Made by a program: the position numbers and the translations under genes. The notes under the pieces are model-generated. The model was not told where the DNA came from, ran no database searches, and worked only from the letters and a program-made list of their open reading frames with translations. This document shows, piece by piece, positions 25,053 to 35,248 of a stretch of 64,000 nt of DNA. Source of the DNA: Clostridium sp. CAG:914 (GTDB lineage: Bacteria; Bacillota_I; Bacilli_A; RF39; UBA660); NCBI GenBank assembly GCA_000437895.1, contig FR902161.1, positions 46,642-110,641 of the forward strand, written 5' to 3'. Each line of letters starts with the position of its first letter. Positions within the stretch are counted from its first letter, which is position 1.

Positions 25053-25619
25053 CTATTTTTTTACAGCACTGATAACACTTATTTGCGCACTAAAACTTTT
25101 ATTCATTAAATCATTTTGATTTTCTCCATTATCACTTAACCATATTAATAATTCATATTTATATGTATGAGGATATGTTTCTGGTTTTAATAAACTCATA
25201 GGAATTAAATCTATTTTATCAGTAGATAAATTACTAAAATCAGAAGAAGCAATGATATTGTCATCACATAATAATTCATATTTATAATTACTTGTTTTTA
25301 ATTCTTCTGATATATTTATATTTTTTAAAGATATTTGTATATTAACTTCATATTTTGATAAATTAGTACCCATTGTTACTAAAAAACTATTTTTAGTAGC
25401 ATAATTATATCTATCTTTATCTTGGATTGGTACTATTTCACTATCTTTAATAAACTCTGTTTGACTAAATATAACGGCAGGTGCTTCTTTAATTGTTGTA
25501 CCGTTAATAGCTGTACTAGCATTTTCGTAGGAATACCATGCATAGGTTGCTCCGATAACAATTGCTGCTACAAAAGATACGGCTAAAATCATAATAATAA
25601 TAGTTTTTTTATTACTCAT
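25053..25619 (-). CDS. secreted protein with TasA/SipW-cognate-like signal peptide (paralog 2)
   Basis: Hydrophobic N-terminus ending IGATYAWYSYE. I placed the start at 25619 (MSNKKTIII) because AGAGGGTGA RBS lies upstream. Confidence 0.4.
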   Translation of the reverse strand: MSNKKTIIIMILAVSFVAAIVIGATYAWYSYENASTAINGTTIKEAPAVIFSQTEFIKDSEIVPIQDKDRYNYATKNSFLVTMGTNLSKYEVNIQISLKNINISEELKTSNYKYELLCDDNIIASSDFSNLSTDKIDLIPMSLLKPETYPHTYKYELLIWLSDNGENQNDLMNKSFSAQISVISAVKK

Positions 25620-25707
25620 AGTATCACCCTCTATTACATATATAATGATAACATATATTTTTTTTATTAGCAATTATTTTTATTTACTTATAGAAAAAAA
25701 GAAGACA

Positions 25708-26703
25708 TTACATCTTCTTTAGTGTTCTTATCATCTGATAAGTATAACCCATTTCATTATCATACCATGCTACTACTCTAGCTATTGTATGATCTTCTGA
25801 CTTAATTACATTTGTTAAGTTACCATCTACCAATCCACCATAACTTGTTGATATAATATCAGAAGACACAATTGGATCTATGGTATATCCTAATGTTTCA
25901 TTTTTAGAATCTATAAATGCTTGATTTATTTCTTCAATTGTTGGATTACTATCAAGAGTAACTACTAAATCCACTAAAGATCCATCTGAAATAGGCACTC
26001 TAATAGCGCTACCCATTATTTTGTTTTCAAGACTTGGAATAATCTTAGAAATAGATTTAGCAGCTCCTGTGGAAGTTGGAATTATATTCATTCCTGCTGC
26101 TCTTCCTCTTCTTGCTTTAATGCCTTTCTTATGTGGAATATCTAAAGTTACTTGGTCATTGGTATACGCATGTATGGTTGTCATATTACCATTTATTACA
26201 CCAAATTTATCATTTAATACTTTTAATACCGGTGCTAAACAGTTTGTAGTACAAGATGATGCTGATACTATATAATCAGTTTCTTCTAGTTCTTCATCGT
26301 TAACGTTATATACTATTGTTTTCATATCATCTTTTCCTGGTGCTGAAATCAATACTTTTTTAGCACCTGCTTTAATATGCATACTGGCATCCATTAATTT
26401 AAGAAATTTTCCTGTGCACTCTAAGACAACATCTATATTTAACATATCCCATGGTAAATTTATAGGGTCTTTTTCACTATATACTTTTACTTCTTTATTA
26501 TCTACTATTATATTGTTATCATTATAGGTTACTTCTTTATTATATCTACCATGTACAGTATCATATTTTAATAGATATGCTAATTCTTCTGGAGTGGATA
26601 AGTCGTTTACTGCTACGACTTCCATATCACTTTCCATATCATTAATTATTCTAAAGGCTAACCTTCCTATTCTACCAAACCCATTAATCGCTATTCTTTT
26701 CAT
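25708..26703 (-). CDS. gap: glyceraldehyde-3-phosphate dehydrogenase
   Basis: 331 aa; NGFGRIGR NAD-binding motif; catalytic SCTTNCLAP. Confidence 0.93.
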   Translation of the reverse strand: MKRIAINGFGRIGRLAFRIINDMESDMEVVAVNDLSTPEELAYLLKYDTVHGRYNKEVTYNDNNIIVDNKEVKVYSEKDPINLPWDMLNIDVVLECTGKFLKLMDASMHIKAGAKKVLISAPGKDDMKTIVYNVNDEELEETDYIVSASSCTTNCLAPVLKVLNDKFGVINGNMTTIHAYTNDQVTLDIPHKKGIKARRGRAAGMNIIPTSTGAAKSISKIIPSLENKIMGSAIRVPISDGSLVDLVVTLDSNPTIEEINQAFIDSKNETLGYTIDPIVSSDIISTSYGGLVDGNLTNVIKSEDHTIARVVAWYDNEMGYTYQMIRTLKKM

Positions 26704-26705
26704 TT

Positions 26706-27182
26706 TTATTTTATAAGTACTTGATTATCACTTACTAAAGTACTTATATCTCCTTTCTCAAATCCTATTAATGAACCAATTTCTAATTTAACATCATATT
26801 TTGAATCATTACTAACTTTAATTGTTACTACAGTTTCCTCATCTTTATTGAGAGTACTTTCTAAAAGACCTTGTGATCTATCATCTTTGGTAATATTTAA
26901 ACCACTTGGTGTTTTATTTGGACTTATCATTTTATAATATATTCCATATTTTACTTTTGAAGTATAAGTATTCTTTAATGATATATCAATATATTTTTCT
27001 TCACCATGATTAATGGTTACTTCTTGTGAATTATCATCTTTTGTGGAATATTCTAAGTTAATATCCGCATTACTCTTTGTAAGACCATTATTGTTATCAT
27101 TATATGCAAATGTTGTATACAGAGATACTACAATAATAACTACTACTAAGACAAAAGAAATAATTATCGTTTTATTTTTCAT
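26706..27182 (-). CDS. secreted protein with TasA/SipW-cognate-like signal peptide (paralog 3)
   Basis: 158 aa; N-terminus ...VSLYTTFAYNDNNNG, the closest of the three to the TasA TWAAFND motif. Confidence 0.4.
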   Translation of the reverse strand: MKNKTIIISFVLVVVIIVVSLYTTFAYNDNNNGLTKSNADINLEYSTKDDNSQEVTINHGEEKYIDISLKNTYTSKVKYGIYYKMISPNKTPSGLNITKDDRSQGLLESTLNKDEETVVTIKVSNDSKYDVKLEIGSLIGFEKGDISTLVSDNQVLIK

Positions 27183-27195
27183 TTCATCCTCCTAA

Positions 27196-27960
27196 CTATC
27201 TAATTAAGTAATTTATTATTTCTGAAAAAGTTATTCCCGATACAAATAATGTTAAAGCTGCCATGCTAAGAAATGGTCCAAAGGGAATAATATTATCTTT
27301 ATTGGTTATCAACATAACTAAGGCAATTGGAAAAGCTATGAATGTTGCTAAGAAGATGTTACATATTGATAAGGGATATCCCAAAACTAAGCCTATTAGA
27401 AACATTAGTTTAATATCTCCTCCACCAAGTGACTCTTGTTTGAACATTATATCTCCCATTTTTTTTATTGCCAACATTGTTATAAATGATCCTGTGGCAC
27501 TTAATACTTTGATTGCAGTTTCTCTAATTCCAATATTGAATAAATATACTACTATTATACCCAATATTGCTGTAATTAATACTTCATCTAATATAACCAT
27601 ATATTCTATATCGCTTATAATTGTAATTATTAAACTTGAAACAAATATTAGAGCTACTAGTAGATTTAGTGATAAGCTAAAGACATGGTAGCAAACAGCA
27701 AACAATACTCCAGTACATATTTCCATAAAAATATAACCTATATTAAGTTTTGTTTTACATTTTCTACATTTTCCACCTTGAATTAGAAATGATATTATAG
27801 GTATAAGTTCATACCATTTTAATATATGTCCACATTTCTCACAATGACTTCTTGGTTTTAAAATTGATTCTCCTTTGGTTACTCTAACGGCTATGACATA
27901 GAAAAATGATCCCATAATGCTACCAAAAATAAAGAACAATGTAAGATATAATATTTCCAT
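27196..27960 (-). CDS. pilD: A24 family prepilin peptidase
   Basis: 254 aa; N-terminal tetra-Cys CEKCGH...CRKC; GGGDIKLM and PFGPFL motifs. Confidence 0.88.
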   Translation of the reverse strand: MEILYLTLFFIFGSIMGSFFYVIAVRVTKGESILKPRSHCEKCGHILKWYELIPIISFLIQGGKCRKCKTKLNIGYIFMEICTGVLFAVCYHVFSLSLNLLVALIFVSSLIITIISDIEYMVILDEVLITAILGIIVVYLFNIGIRETAIKVLSATGSFITMLAIKKMGDIMFKQESLGGGDIKLMFLIGLVLGYPLSICNIFLATFIAFPIALVMLITNKDNIIPFGPFLSMAALTLFVSGITFSEIINYLIR

Positions 27961-27971
27961 AAACGACCTTT

Positions 27972-29312
27972 CTATATCATTGTTTTATAAATATCAAACA
28001 TAGGATATACTACTGACAATAATATAATACCAACTAAGAAGGAAAGAACTATTATCATAATTGGTTCAATAAGACTTTTTAATCTTGTAACAATATTTGA
28101 TTGTTCTTCTTGATAATAATTGGCTACGTTTTCCATCATTGGTCCTAATCTACCTGTTCTTTCACCTGTGACAAGCATTTCATATGCAGTATCAGGAAAG
28201 GCCCAATGTCCTTCAAAAGCTTTAGATAAACTTTCGCCATTACTTAAATTAACAATGGCTTTATTTATAATTTCTTTGTATATTTCATTATTACTAATTC
28301 TACCTAATATATCCATACTATCGGTAATGAATACATCATGTTTAATTAATGTAGCAAAAGTACTTGTAAACATTACTAATTCATTATATTTAACAATATC
28401 GCTTACAACCGGAATATGTAATATTATCCATTGAATACCATATCTAAATGATTTAGAATTTTTATATAGCATAGCAAATAATAAACCAATAACAAATAAT
28501 ATTCCTAAAATATGTAAATAGTATGTACCTATAAAATCACTGACATCTATTACCATTCTAGTTAATTTAGGCAATTCTGAACCAGTAGTTGCATACATAG
28601 AAGTAAATGATGGAACTACCCATAATATAACAAAGGCTAATATAGCAATAGCAAATACTAATAATATAGATGGATAAGTCATAGCATTTTTTATTTGTTT
28701 ATTATTAGAATCTGCTCTTTTGTAGTAAACAGCCATTTCGTCTAGTATTTCAGTTAAATTACCTGTAAGTTCCGATGTCTTTAACATATTAATTAACATT
28801 TTAGGAAAAACATTTCCTTGTTTATATAATGAATCACTAAATGTAATACCCATATTTAAATCCGATACTATTCTTATATATAAATCTTTTCTTTTTTTCT
28901 TTTTGGCTTGTCTTGCTAATATTTCCATGGAGTCTACTAATGGAATTCCCGCTTTAATATAGGTAGACAATTGAGTTAAAAAGAAATTTAAATCTTTATA
29001 AGACATTCTCCTCGTGAATCCGCCAGATAAAAATACTTGTCCTTTAACTTCATTTATTTGTAATATTTCATATCCTTGACCTAATAAAAAGTTTTGAACT
29101 TCTAATTTATTTGTTGCATCCATATTTCCTGTTATGGGTTTTCCTTCTTTAGTTCTTACTTTATATTTAAATCTTATTTTCTTAGGCTTTTTTGTAGTGA
29201 CTTGTTTTTTATTTGTTGAAGCATTATTAATAATTTGTGTTTGATTGTTATTATTAACTATAGGAACTTGATTGCTATTATTAATTGTTTGATTATTGTT
29301 CACACTAATCAC
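27972..29312 (-). CDS. pilC: type II secretion/type IV pilus platform protein (GspF/PilC family)
   Basis: 446 aa; KIRFKYKVRTKEGK N-terminus; two GspF repeats. Preceded by an Asn/Gln-rich 40-aa extension; the ORF-track start at 29312 is a GTG. Confidence 0.85.
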   Translation of the reverse strand: MISVNNNQTINNSNQVPIVNNNNQTQIINNASTNKKQVTTKKPKKIRFKYKVRTKEGKPITGNMDATNKLEVQNFLLGQGYEILQINEVKGQVFLSGGFTRRMSYKDLNFFLTQLSTYIKAGIPLVDSMEILARQAKKKKRKDLYIRIVSDLNMGITFSDSLYKQGNVFPKMLINMLKTSELTGNLTEILDEMAVYYKRADSNNKQIKNAMTYPSILLVFAIAILAFVILWVVPSFTSMYATTGSELPKLTRMVIDVSDFIGTYYLHILGILFVIGLLFAMLYKNSKSFRYGIQWIILHIPVVSDIVKYNELVMFTSTFATLIKHDVFITDSMDILGRISNNEIYKEIINKAIVNLSNGESLSKAFEGHWAFPDTAYEMLVTGERTGRLGPMMENVANYYQEEQSNIVTRLKSLIEPIMIIVLSFLVGIILLSVVYPMFDIYKTMI

Positions 29313-29408
29313 TACCTTTCATTCTATTTTTATTTTATCATAAAAGACTTTATTTTTAAACAACTATTTATACAATTTACATATATTATTTTAGGAAGGT
29401 GTATTAAT

Positions 29409-29840
29409 ATGTATCCTGGAAGAGCTTTTATACCACGAGGTTTTAATCCTATGATGAATATTCCTATGCAAAATGCTATAAGACCTGGGTTGTTTGGAAG
29501 AATTGGAAATACTATTAAGGGGATAAATTGGTCAAAAATATTATCAGGAGCTGATAAAACTTTGGGAGTTGTAAATCAAACTATCCCTTTGGTACGACAA
29601 ACCAAGCCTTTATTTTCTAATATGAAATCAATGATAAAGTTGGCTAAGGCTTTTAGAGAAGAAGTAAAACCAACATCTACGAGTAAAAATAGTAATACTA
29701 ATTTAAAAAATACAGATAGAACCTCTTCTAATAATAGTTTAAGCAAAAATACAATATTAAAACAAGAAACAAACAAAGAAAAAACCGAAAATATAGTAAT
29801 TGATAATTCTTTAAATAACACACCTAGTTTTTTTGTCTAA
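29409..29840 (+). CDS. VrrA/YqfQ-like protein
   Basis: MYPGRAFIPRGF..., NWSKILSGADKTLGVVNQTIPLVRQTKPLF..MKSM pattern resembles Bacillus YqfQ/VrrA. I placed the start at 29409 because GGAAGGTG lies upstream. Confidence 0.45.
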   Translation: MYPGRAFIPRGFNPMMNIPMQNAIRPGLFGRIGNTIKGINWSKILSGADKTLGVVNQTIPLVRQTKPLFSNMKSMIKLAKAFREEVKPTSTSKNSNTNLKNTDRTSSNNSLSKNTILKQETNKEKTENIVIDNSLNNTPSFFV

Positions 29841-29872
29841 AGAATATATAAAAATGTAGGTAATATCAATAC

Positions 29873-30838
29873 CTACATTTTATTTTCATTTATATATTTT
29901 ATAGATAATTCATTTAATTCATTAATAATATCATCCATTTTAGAAAAATCATTCATTCTAATACCTGAGGCATATTTATGACCACCACCACCATATTTTA
30001 CACAAATATCTTTGATTTCTGGTCCACGACTTCTTATATTGGCACGAACTATTCCTGTCTTTACATCTTCTGTAAAGAAAGCCCAAACCAATATTTCATT
30101 AACATATTTTAAATCATTTATCATATTTCCAGAACTAGATGCATCTACTCCATATTTTTTTATAATATCATCTGTTATCTTTATATACGCTACTTTATTT
30201 TCATTAACAATTAGGTTCTCATATATATATCCTTCAAATCTAACTTCACTTAATGGTCTTGAATAAAGTGGTTCATATAGTTTGGTAAAATCAATATTAT
30301 ATAATTCAAGTAGTTTATTAGTTAAATCTATGGTTTCTTTGTTTGTGTAATCGTGTAAGAACCTATCAGTATCAGAAACTATGCCTATATATAGATTTTC
30401 GGTTATTTTGCTATTAATTTTTAGTTTATTTTCTAAAATAATTTTTATTATTAATTGACTAGTACTTGAGGCATCTTCTTCTATATATTCTAGTGGTGCA
30501 AATTTTTCTACAAAAGGATGGTGATCTATTTTAATTGAGCAAGCATAATCTTGTGGATTTGCCCCATCTATTCTTTTAGCGTCTGGTGTGTCTAGTACTA
30601 TTAAAAGAGAATTAGATAAATCTACAAAATCAATTTTATCTAATTTTCCCATAAATCTAAATCTTGAAGAAACAGTGCCAACGGCATATACTTGTTTATC
30701 AGGAAAATTAATCTCTATTATTTCTTTTAGAGCAAATTGACTTCCTAAAGCATCAGGATCTGCTCCAATATGTCTTGCAATGACAATACTATCATATTTT
30801 TTTATTATTTTAAGTATTTCTTTACTTATTTTCATCAT
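29873..30838 (-). CDS. nrnA: DHH/DHHA1 bifunctional oligoribonuclease and pAp phosphatase
   Basis: IARHIGADPDALGS DHH motif; GGGHKYASG DHHA1 motif. Confidence 0.85.
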   Translation of the reverse strand: MMKISKEILKIIKKYDSIVIARHIGADPDALGSQFALKEIIEINFPDKQVYAVGTVSSRFRFMGKLDKIDFVDLSNSLLIVLDTPDAKRIDGANPQDYACSIKIDHHPFVEKFAPLEYIEEDASSTSQLIIKIILENKLKINSKITENLYIGIVSDTDRFLHDYTNKETIDLTNKLLELYNIDFTKLYEPLYSRPLSEVRFEGYIYENLIVNENKVAYIKITDDIIKKYGVDASSSGNMINDLKYVNEILVWAFFTEDVKTGIVRANIRSRGPEIKDICVKYGGGGHKYASGIRMNDFSKMDDIINELNELSIKYINENKM

Positions 30839-32036
30839 TATCTGCTAACTTATTATCTCTTTCTATTTTTAAATTATATGCATCTCTTGCCATCATAAGT
30901 TCTTCATTTGTTGGTATTACATAACATGGAATAGATGAATCTTCTAGTGTTATTAGTTTTTCTTCTCCACGGCATTCGTTAGCTTCTTCATCTACTTTAA
31001 CTCCTAAAACTTCAAGTCCATCCATTACTTCACGTCTTGTATGGATAGAATTTTCACCAATACCTGCTGTAAAGACAATGGCATCGCATCCTCCTAATTC
31101 AACATAGAATTTAGCAATGGCGTCTATTACTCTTCTAACAAACATTTTTTGAGCTAAAGCACATCTTGAATTACCTTTTTTGATACCATCTTCAATATCT
31201 CTAGAATCACTGCTTATTCCACTTACACCAAGTAATCCACTTTCTTTATTTAAAATATTACTCATTTCGTCTGGTGTAACATTTAGTTTATTCATCATAT
31301 AAGTTACTATTGTTGGGTCTAAGTCACCAGAACGTGATCCCATCATAAGACCGGAATTGGCAGATACTCCTAGGGTAGTGTTAACGCACATACCATCTTC
31401 AATAGCACATACACTTGCTCCATTACCTAAATGACATGTAATAACTTTGGTATTATATCTACCTAGTATTTCATTAACGCGGCTAGATACATACTTATGA
31501 CTTGTACCGTGATAACCAAATTTTCTTATGTTATATTCTGTATACCATTCATAAGGTATTGGATAAATAAAGTTTTCTTCTTCAATAGTTTGATGAAATG
31601 AAGTATCAAATACGGCAACTTGCATTGCATCTGGTGCAATACTTTGCGCTGCCTTAATTCCGCTTATAGCAGATTTTGTATGTAGTGGAGTAAAACTTTC
31701 ATATTCTTTCATCATCTTAATAACTTCATTTGTAATTTCTGTAGATTTACTATACTCTCCTCCTTGAACAACTCTGTGGCCTATAGCTTTGATATCTTCC
31801 AAGGAATCAACAATGTTATTATCAATTAATTCTTTAACTAATAACTCAAATGCTCTTTCATGATTTTTTAATTCTACTTCATGTTTGATTTTTTCTCCAT
31901 TAACTTTAATAGTATAAAAACTATCTTTTAATCCTATTTTTTCAAATACACCAGATATTAATAATTTTTCTTCTGGCATGTCAAATGCTTGGAATTTTAA
32001 TGATGAACTTCCAGCATTAACTGATAAAATTACCAT
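30822..32036 (-). CDS. ackA: acetate kinase
   Basis: VLSVNAGSSSLKFQ N-terminus. I placed the start at 32036 because the upstream in-frame ATG lies inside the AGAGGTG RBS. Confidence 0.92.
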   Translation of the reverse strand: MVILSVNAGSSSLKFQAFDMPEEKLLISGVFEKIGLKDSFYTIKVNGEKIKHEVELKNHERAFELLVKELIDNNIVDSLEDIKAIGHRVVQGGEYSKSTEITNEVIKMMKEYESFTPLHTKSAISGIKAAQSIAPDAMQVAVFDTSFHQTIEEENFIYPIPYEWYTEYNIRKFGYHGTSHKYVSSRVNEILGRYNTKVITCHLGNGASVCAIEDGMCVNTTLGVSANSGLMMGSRSGDLDPTIVTYMMNKLNVTPDEMSNILNKESGLLGVSGISSDSRDIEDGIKKGNSRCALAQKMFVRRVIDAIAKFYVELGGCDAIVFTAGIGENSIHTRREVMDGLEVLGVKVDEEANECRGEEKLITLEDSSIPCYVIPTNEELMMARDAYNLKIERDNKLADNDENK

Positions 32037-32187
32037 TATATACACCTCTTTCATTTAGTATTATATCTAAATATATTCTATTTAGCAAGAATAAAATTAT
32101 TAATTATTTGATTTTATTTATGCTTGTTTTATTAGTATATAACAAAAAAAGTTAGAATATTAATTTCTTCTAACTAATTTATAATAT

Positions 32188-33765
32188 TTATTCCATTGCT
32201 TCTAATATGCTTGGTAATATTTGCAGTTTTCTTGATAAAATATTTGGAAAGAAATGACATTCTTCTACATTGCAAGAAAAAGCCAAGTCTAAAGTCTCTT
32301 TAGCATTAGTGCTATAAATAACATAAGTACCATTTTTTATTATATCTGTTATAAATAGACAAATAAATTTATAATCATTTCTGTATGCTATATCATCAAA
32401 TAATTTGATATATTCTTCTTTATCTTTTTCTATTTCAGATATATTAGTAGTATATACCTGACCTAATCCTATTTTTCCATCTTTTGTAGGATACTTTTTA
32501 AAATCTGTATACAATATTTCTTCTTTTGTTTTATTTTTTAAACTAGATCCTGCACTAATCATATTGAATCCATATTCTTTATAATCAACACCTGCTATTT
32601 GACTTAGATGATTTACGGCATCTCTATCAAAAGTGGTTGTTGTTGGTGAATTAAGTATTAATGTATCTGATAAAATCCCAGATAGCATTAATCCTGCCAT
32701 TTTCTTAGGGATACCGATATTATTTTCCTTATACATGGAATATATTATTGTTGATGTTGAACCTACAGGTATATTTCTAAATGTAATTGGCATATTAGTG
32801 CCAATATTAGATATGTTGTGGTGATCAATTATTTCTACTATTTCGGCTTCTTCTAGTCCTATAGCAGATTGTTCATAAGAATTATGATCTACCAAAATAA
32901 CTTTCTTCTTATTACTATATCCGACATTAGAAAACTTAATTAATCCCATACATTGATTATCTTTATTAATTACTGGATAATATGAATATCTTGTTTTATT
33001 TGCAATTTTCACAAAATCTGAAAAATCCAAATTTTTATCTATTGGATACACTCTGAAATTATTAACTAATTGTTTTGCTTCAGTACAAAAAACCATTTTA
33101 TTAATAACTTCAATCATCGTTAAGTTAGTTTTAATTATATTAGTATTGTAGGCATTAATATTGATATTGGTAATATCCATATTGTCAGTTATAATAATCA
33201 TTTTTACTTTTTTTTGTATTAAATCATTTAACTTATTATTATTAATTATACATATATCTTTAGGAGTATATTTATCATGATTATTACATGTTCGTAATTT
33301 TCCTTCAATAATATTATCTATTTCTTTAACTTTAATACCATTTATAATATTTATTATGTCTTTATATTGAGTTTTTATATTAAATGTATTTTCTGATATA
33401 GCTCTATATGAGATACTAGTCATACTTAACATACCTATTAGAACTCTATTTTTATCTACTACAGGTATTTTACTAACATCATTTTTGCTCATTTTCATAA
33501 ATGCTTCATATATTGAAACATTTTCTTTGACATAAAAATCTTTTAAATAGTCAAGGTCTTTTACTTTTGTTTTAACATCATTTAAAAACATAGGAACTTT
33601 TTCATTGAAATAATTTAAGACATAACTTGTTTCTTGATTTATAGAACTTAGGACACATGGGATGGCATCATAGCCTAATTTTCTTTTTAAATATGCTAAT
33701 GATATGGCCGATACAACGCTATCTGTATCAGGATTTCTGTGTCCGAATACGTAATATTTATCCAT
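32188..33765 (-). CDS. ppaC: family II (Mn-dependent) inorganic pyrophosphatase with inserted CBS/DRTGG regulatory domains (CBS-PPase)
   Basis: YVFGHRNPDTDSVVSAISLAYLKR DHH start; about 250-aa insert; DHHA2 C-terminus. Confidence 0.8.
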   Translation of the reverse strand: MDKYYVFGHRNPDTDSVVSAISLAYLKRKLGYDAIPCVLSSINQETSYVLNYFNEKVPMFLNDVKTKVKDLDYLKDFYVKENVSIYEAFMKMSKNDVSKIPVVDKNRVLIGMLSMTSISYRAISENTFNIKTQYKDIINIINGIKVKEIDNIIEGKLRTCNNHDKYTPKDICIINNNKLNDLIQKKVKMIIITDNMDITNININAYNTNIIKTNLTMIEVINKMVFCTEAKQLVNNFRVYPIDKNLDFSDFVKIANKTRYSYYPVINKDNQCMGLIKFSNVGYSNKKKVILVDHNSYEQSAIGLEEAEIVEIIDHHNISNIGTNMPITFRNIPVGSTSTIIYSMYKENNIGIPKKMAGLMLSGILSDTLILNSPTTTTFDRDAVNHLSQIAGVDYKEYGFNMISAGSSLKNKTKEEILYTDFKKYPTKDGKIGLGQVYTTNISEIEKDKEEYIKLFDDIAYRNDYKFICLFITDIIKNGTYVIYSTNAKETLDLAFSCNVEECHFFPNILSRKLQILPSILEAME

Positions 33766-33767
33766 AA

Positions 33768-35186
33768 TTACCCCTTTCTTTTTTGTAATTTTATATAAAT
33801 AAATGTAATAAAAGTATACACTAATATAACTAATATTGATAGTAATTTATTATCATTTTTAATTGGCAAGATAAATGCTAAAAGTATTAATATTAAAAAT
33901 AGAATAATATTTTGATATATGACTTTAATATATTTATCAATATATCCTTCATTTTCTAATCTATATTTATTTTTAATATATGTATAGTTAATTATTATTG
34001 ATATGGTCATACCAATAATGGTTGTAAATACATCTCCATATATTAAATCAAATCCCATTCTATATACTGCGTCAACGAATGGTATTAATAATAGTAACTT
34101 AACTGCTATTCCTATTATCAAAGAAATATATATTAGTTTATTATTTTTTATGTATTTATAACTTTCTTTATATATGGATACTATTATACCTAAAAACATA
34201 ATTATAATTAAATATATGTATGAAGTATTATTGTTAAATATTAGGTAAAAAAGAGATGGTGATATTATACTAAAAAGTATGGCTAATGGTAGTGTATAGC
34301 ATAATAAGTTAAAGATATTATTTTTAAAATCATTACCTTTAGGGCAATATTTTTTTACTAAACTATTAACAATATTCATTATACACAAAGAATAAAAATA
34401 TGTAAATAATAAATTATTCTCTATTAATTTACTATCGTAATTATATCTATTTAATAAGATTACATACATTAGAATAAATGATAAATAATAGTATGTTAAT
34501 TCTACAGTAGAAATAATACTAGATGATAAATTTGTTTTTAGTATATAATTGCTTTCTTTTTTGTAGTCTATCTTGGTATTGCTATTCTTATCTATTTTTA
34601 TAGTTATCTTTTTTATTTTTATAATAGAAATAAATAAGAATAATATAAAACTTATTATTTTAGATAAATATAGTAAAGATATACTAATATAGATTGGTAG
34701 GTTAAATACATTAAATGATAGTATAACAATAATTATATATAAAAATATATCTGTATATTTATAGATATTATCTAATTTATTGGCCAGGCTATGATATTTA
34801 AAAGATTTAATATAATCTAATATTATTGTTTCAAAAGTATCTAGACATATAGTAAATGACATAACAAGAAATATTAGAAAAGTATTATCTATTCTTAAAA
34901 TATTGTTAGTAATATCTGATATAAGAATATTAATTAATAGGAAAAATAAATTTATAATTAATAAGATGTTAACTATCATTTTAAATATTTTATTTTTATA
35001 GTCAACATAATACTTGTCTTTAATGGTATTATATATACTTATATGACTAATAACAGTTGAATAAATACCATATAAAAACAAAGATAATAAATATATATAC
35101 ATACCATTATTTTTGGTAATGTAGTATAGTACTATTACTATTATAAATTTAATATATTTTCTTATTATATTGTCTTTCATATACAT
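33768..35186 (-). CDS. polytopic membrane protein (possible Wzx/MurJ/SpoVB-like or Wzy-like)
   Basis: 472 aa; at least 12 TM; extreme I/Y/N/K composition; no motif I can name. Confidence 0.3.
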   Translation of the reverse strand: MYMKDNIIRKYIKFIIVIVLYYITKNNGMYIYLLSLFLYGIYSTVISHISIYNTIKDKYYVDYKNKIFKMIVNILLIINLFFLLINILISDITNNILRIDNTFLIFLVMSFTICLDTFETIILDYIKSFKYHSLANKLDNIYKYTDIFLYIIIVILSFNVFNLPIYISISLLYLSKIISFILFLFISIIKIKKITIKIDKNSNTKIDYKKESNYILKTNLSSSIISTVELTYYYLSFILMYVILLNRYNYDSKLIENNLLFTYFYSLCIMNIVNSLVKKYCPKGNDFKNNIFNLLCYTLPLAILFSIISPSLFYLIFNNNTSYIYLIIIMFLGIIVSIYKESYKYIKNNKLIYISLIIGIAVKLLLLIPFVDAVYRMGFDLIYGDVFTTIIGMTISIIINYTYIKNKYRLENEGYIDKYIKVIYQNIILFLILILLAFILPIKNDNKLLSILVILVYTFITFIYIKLQKRKG

Positions 35187-35248
35187 CCCCTATTGTAAGT
35201 ATACCATAAATAGATAGAAAAAAGAAGATTCTTCTTCTTTAAACTTTA

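Noticed and set aside
28120-28434. Plus-strand 104-aa ORF inside pilC
   Set aside because: Antisense shadow ORF.
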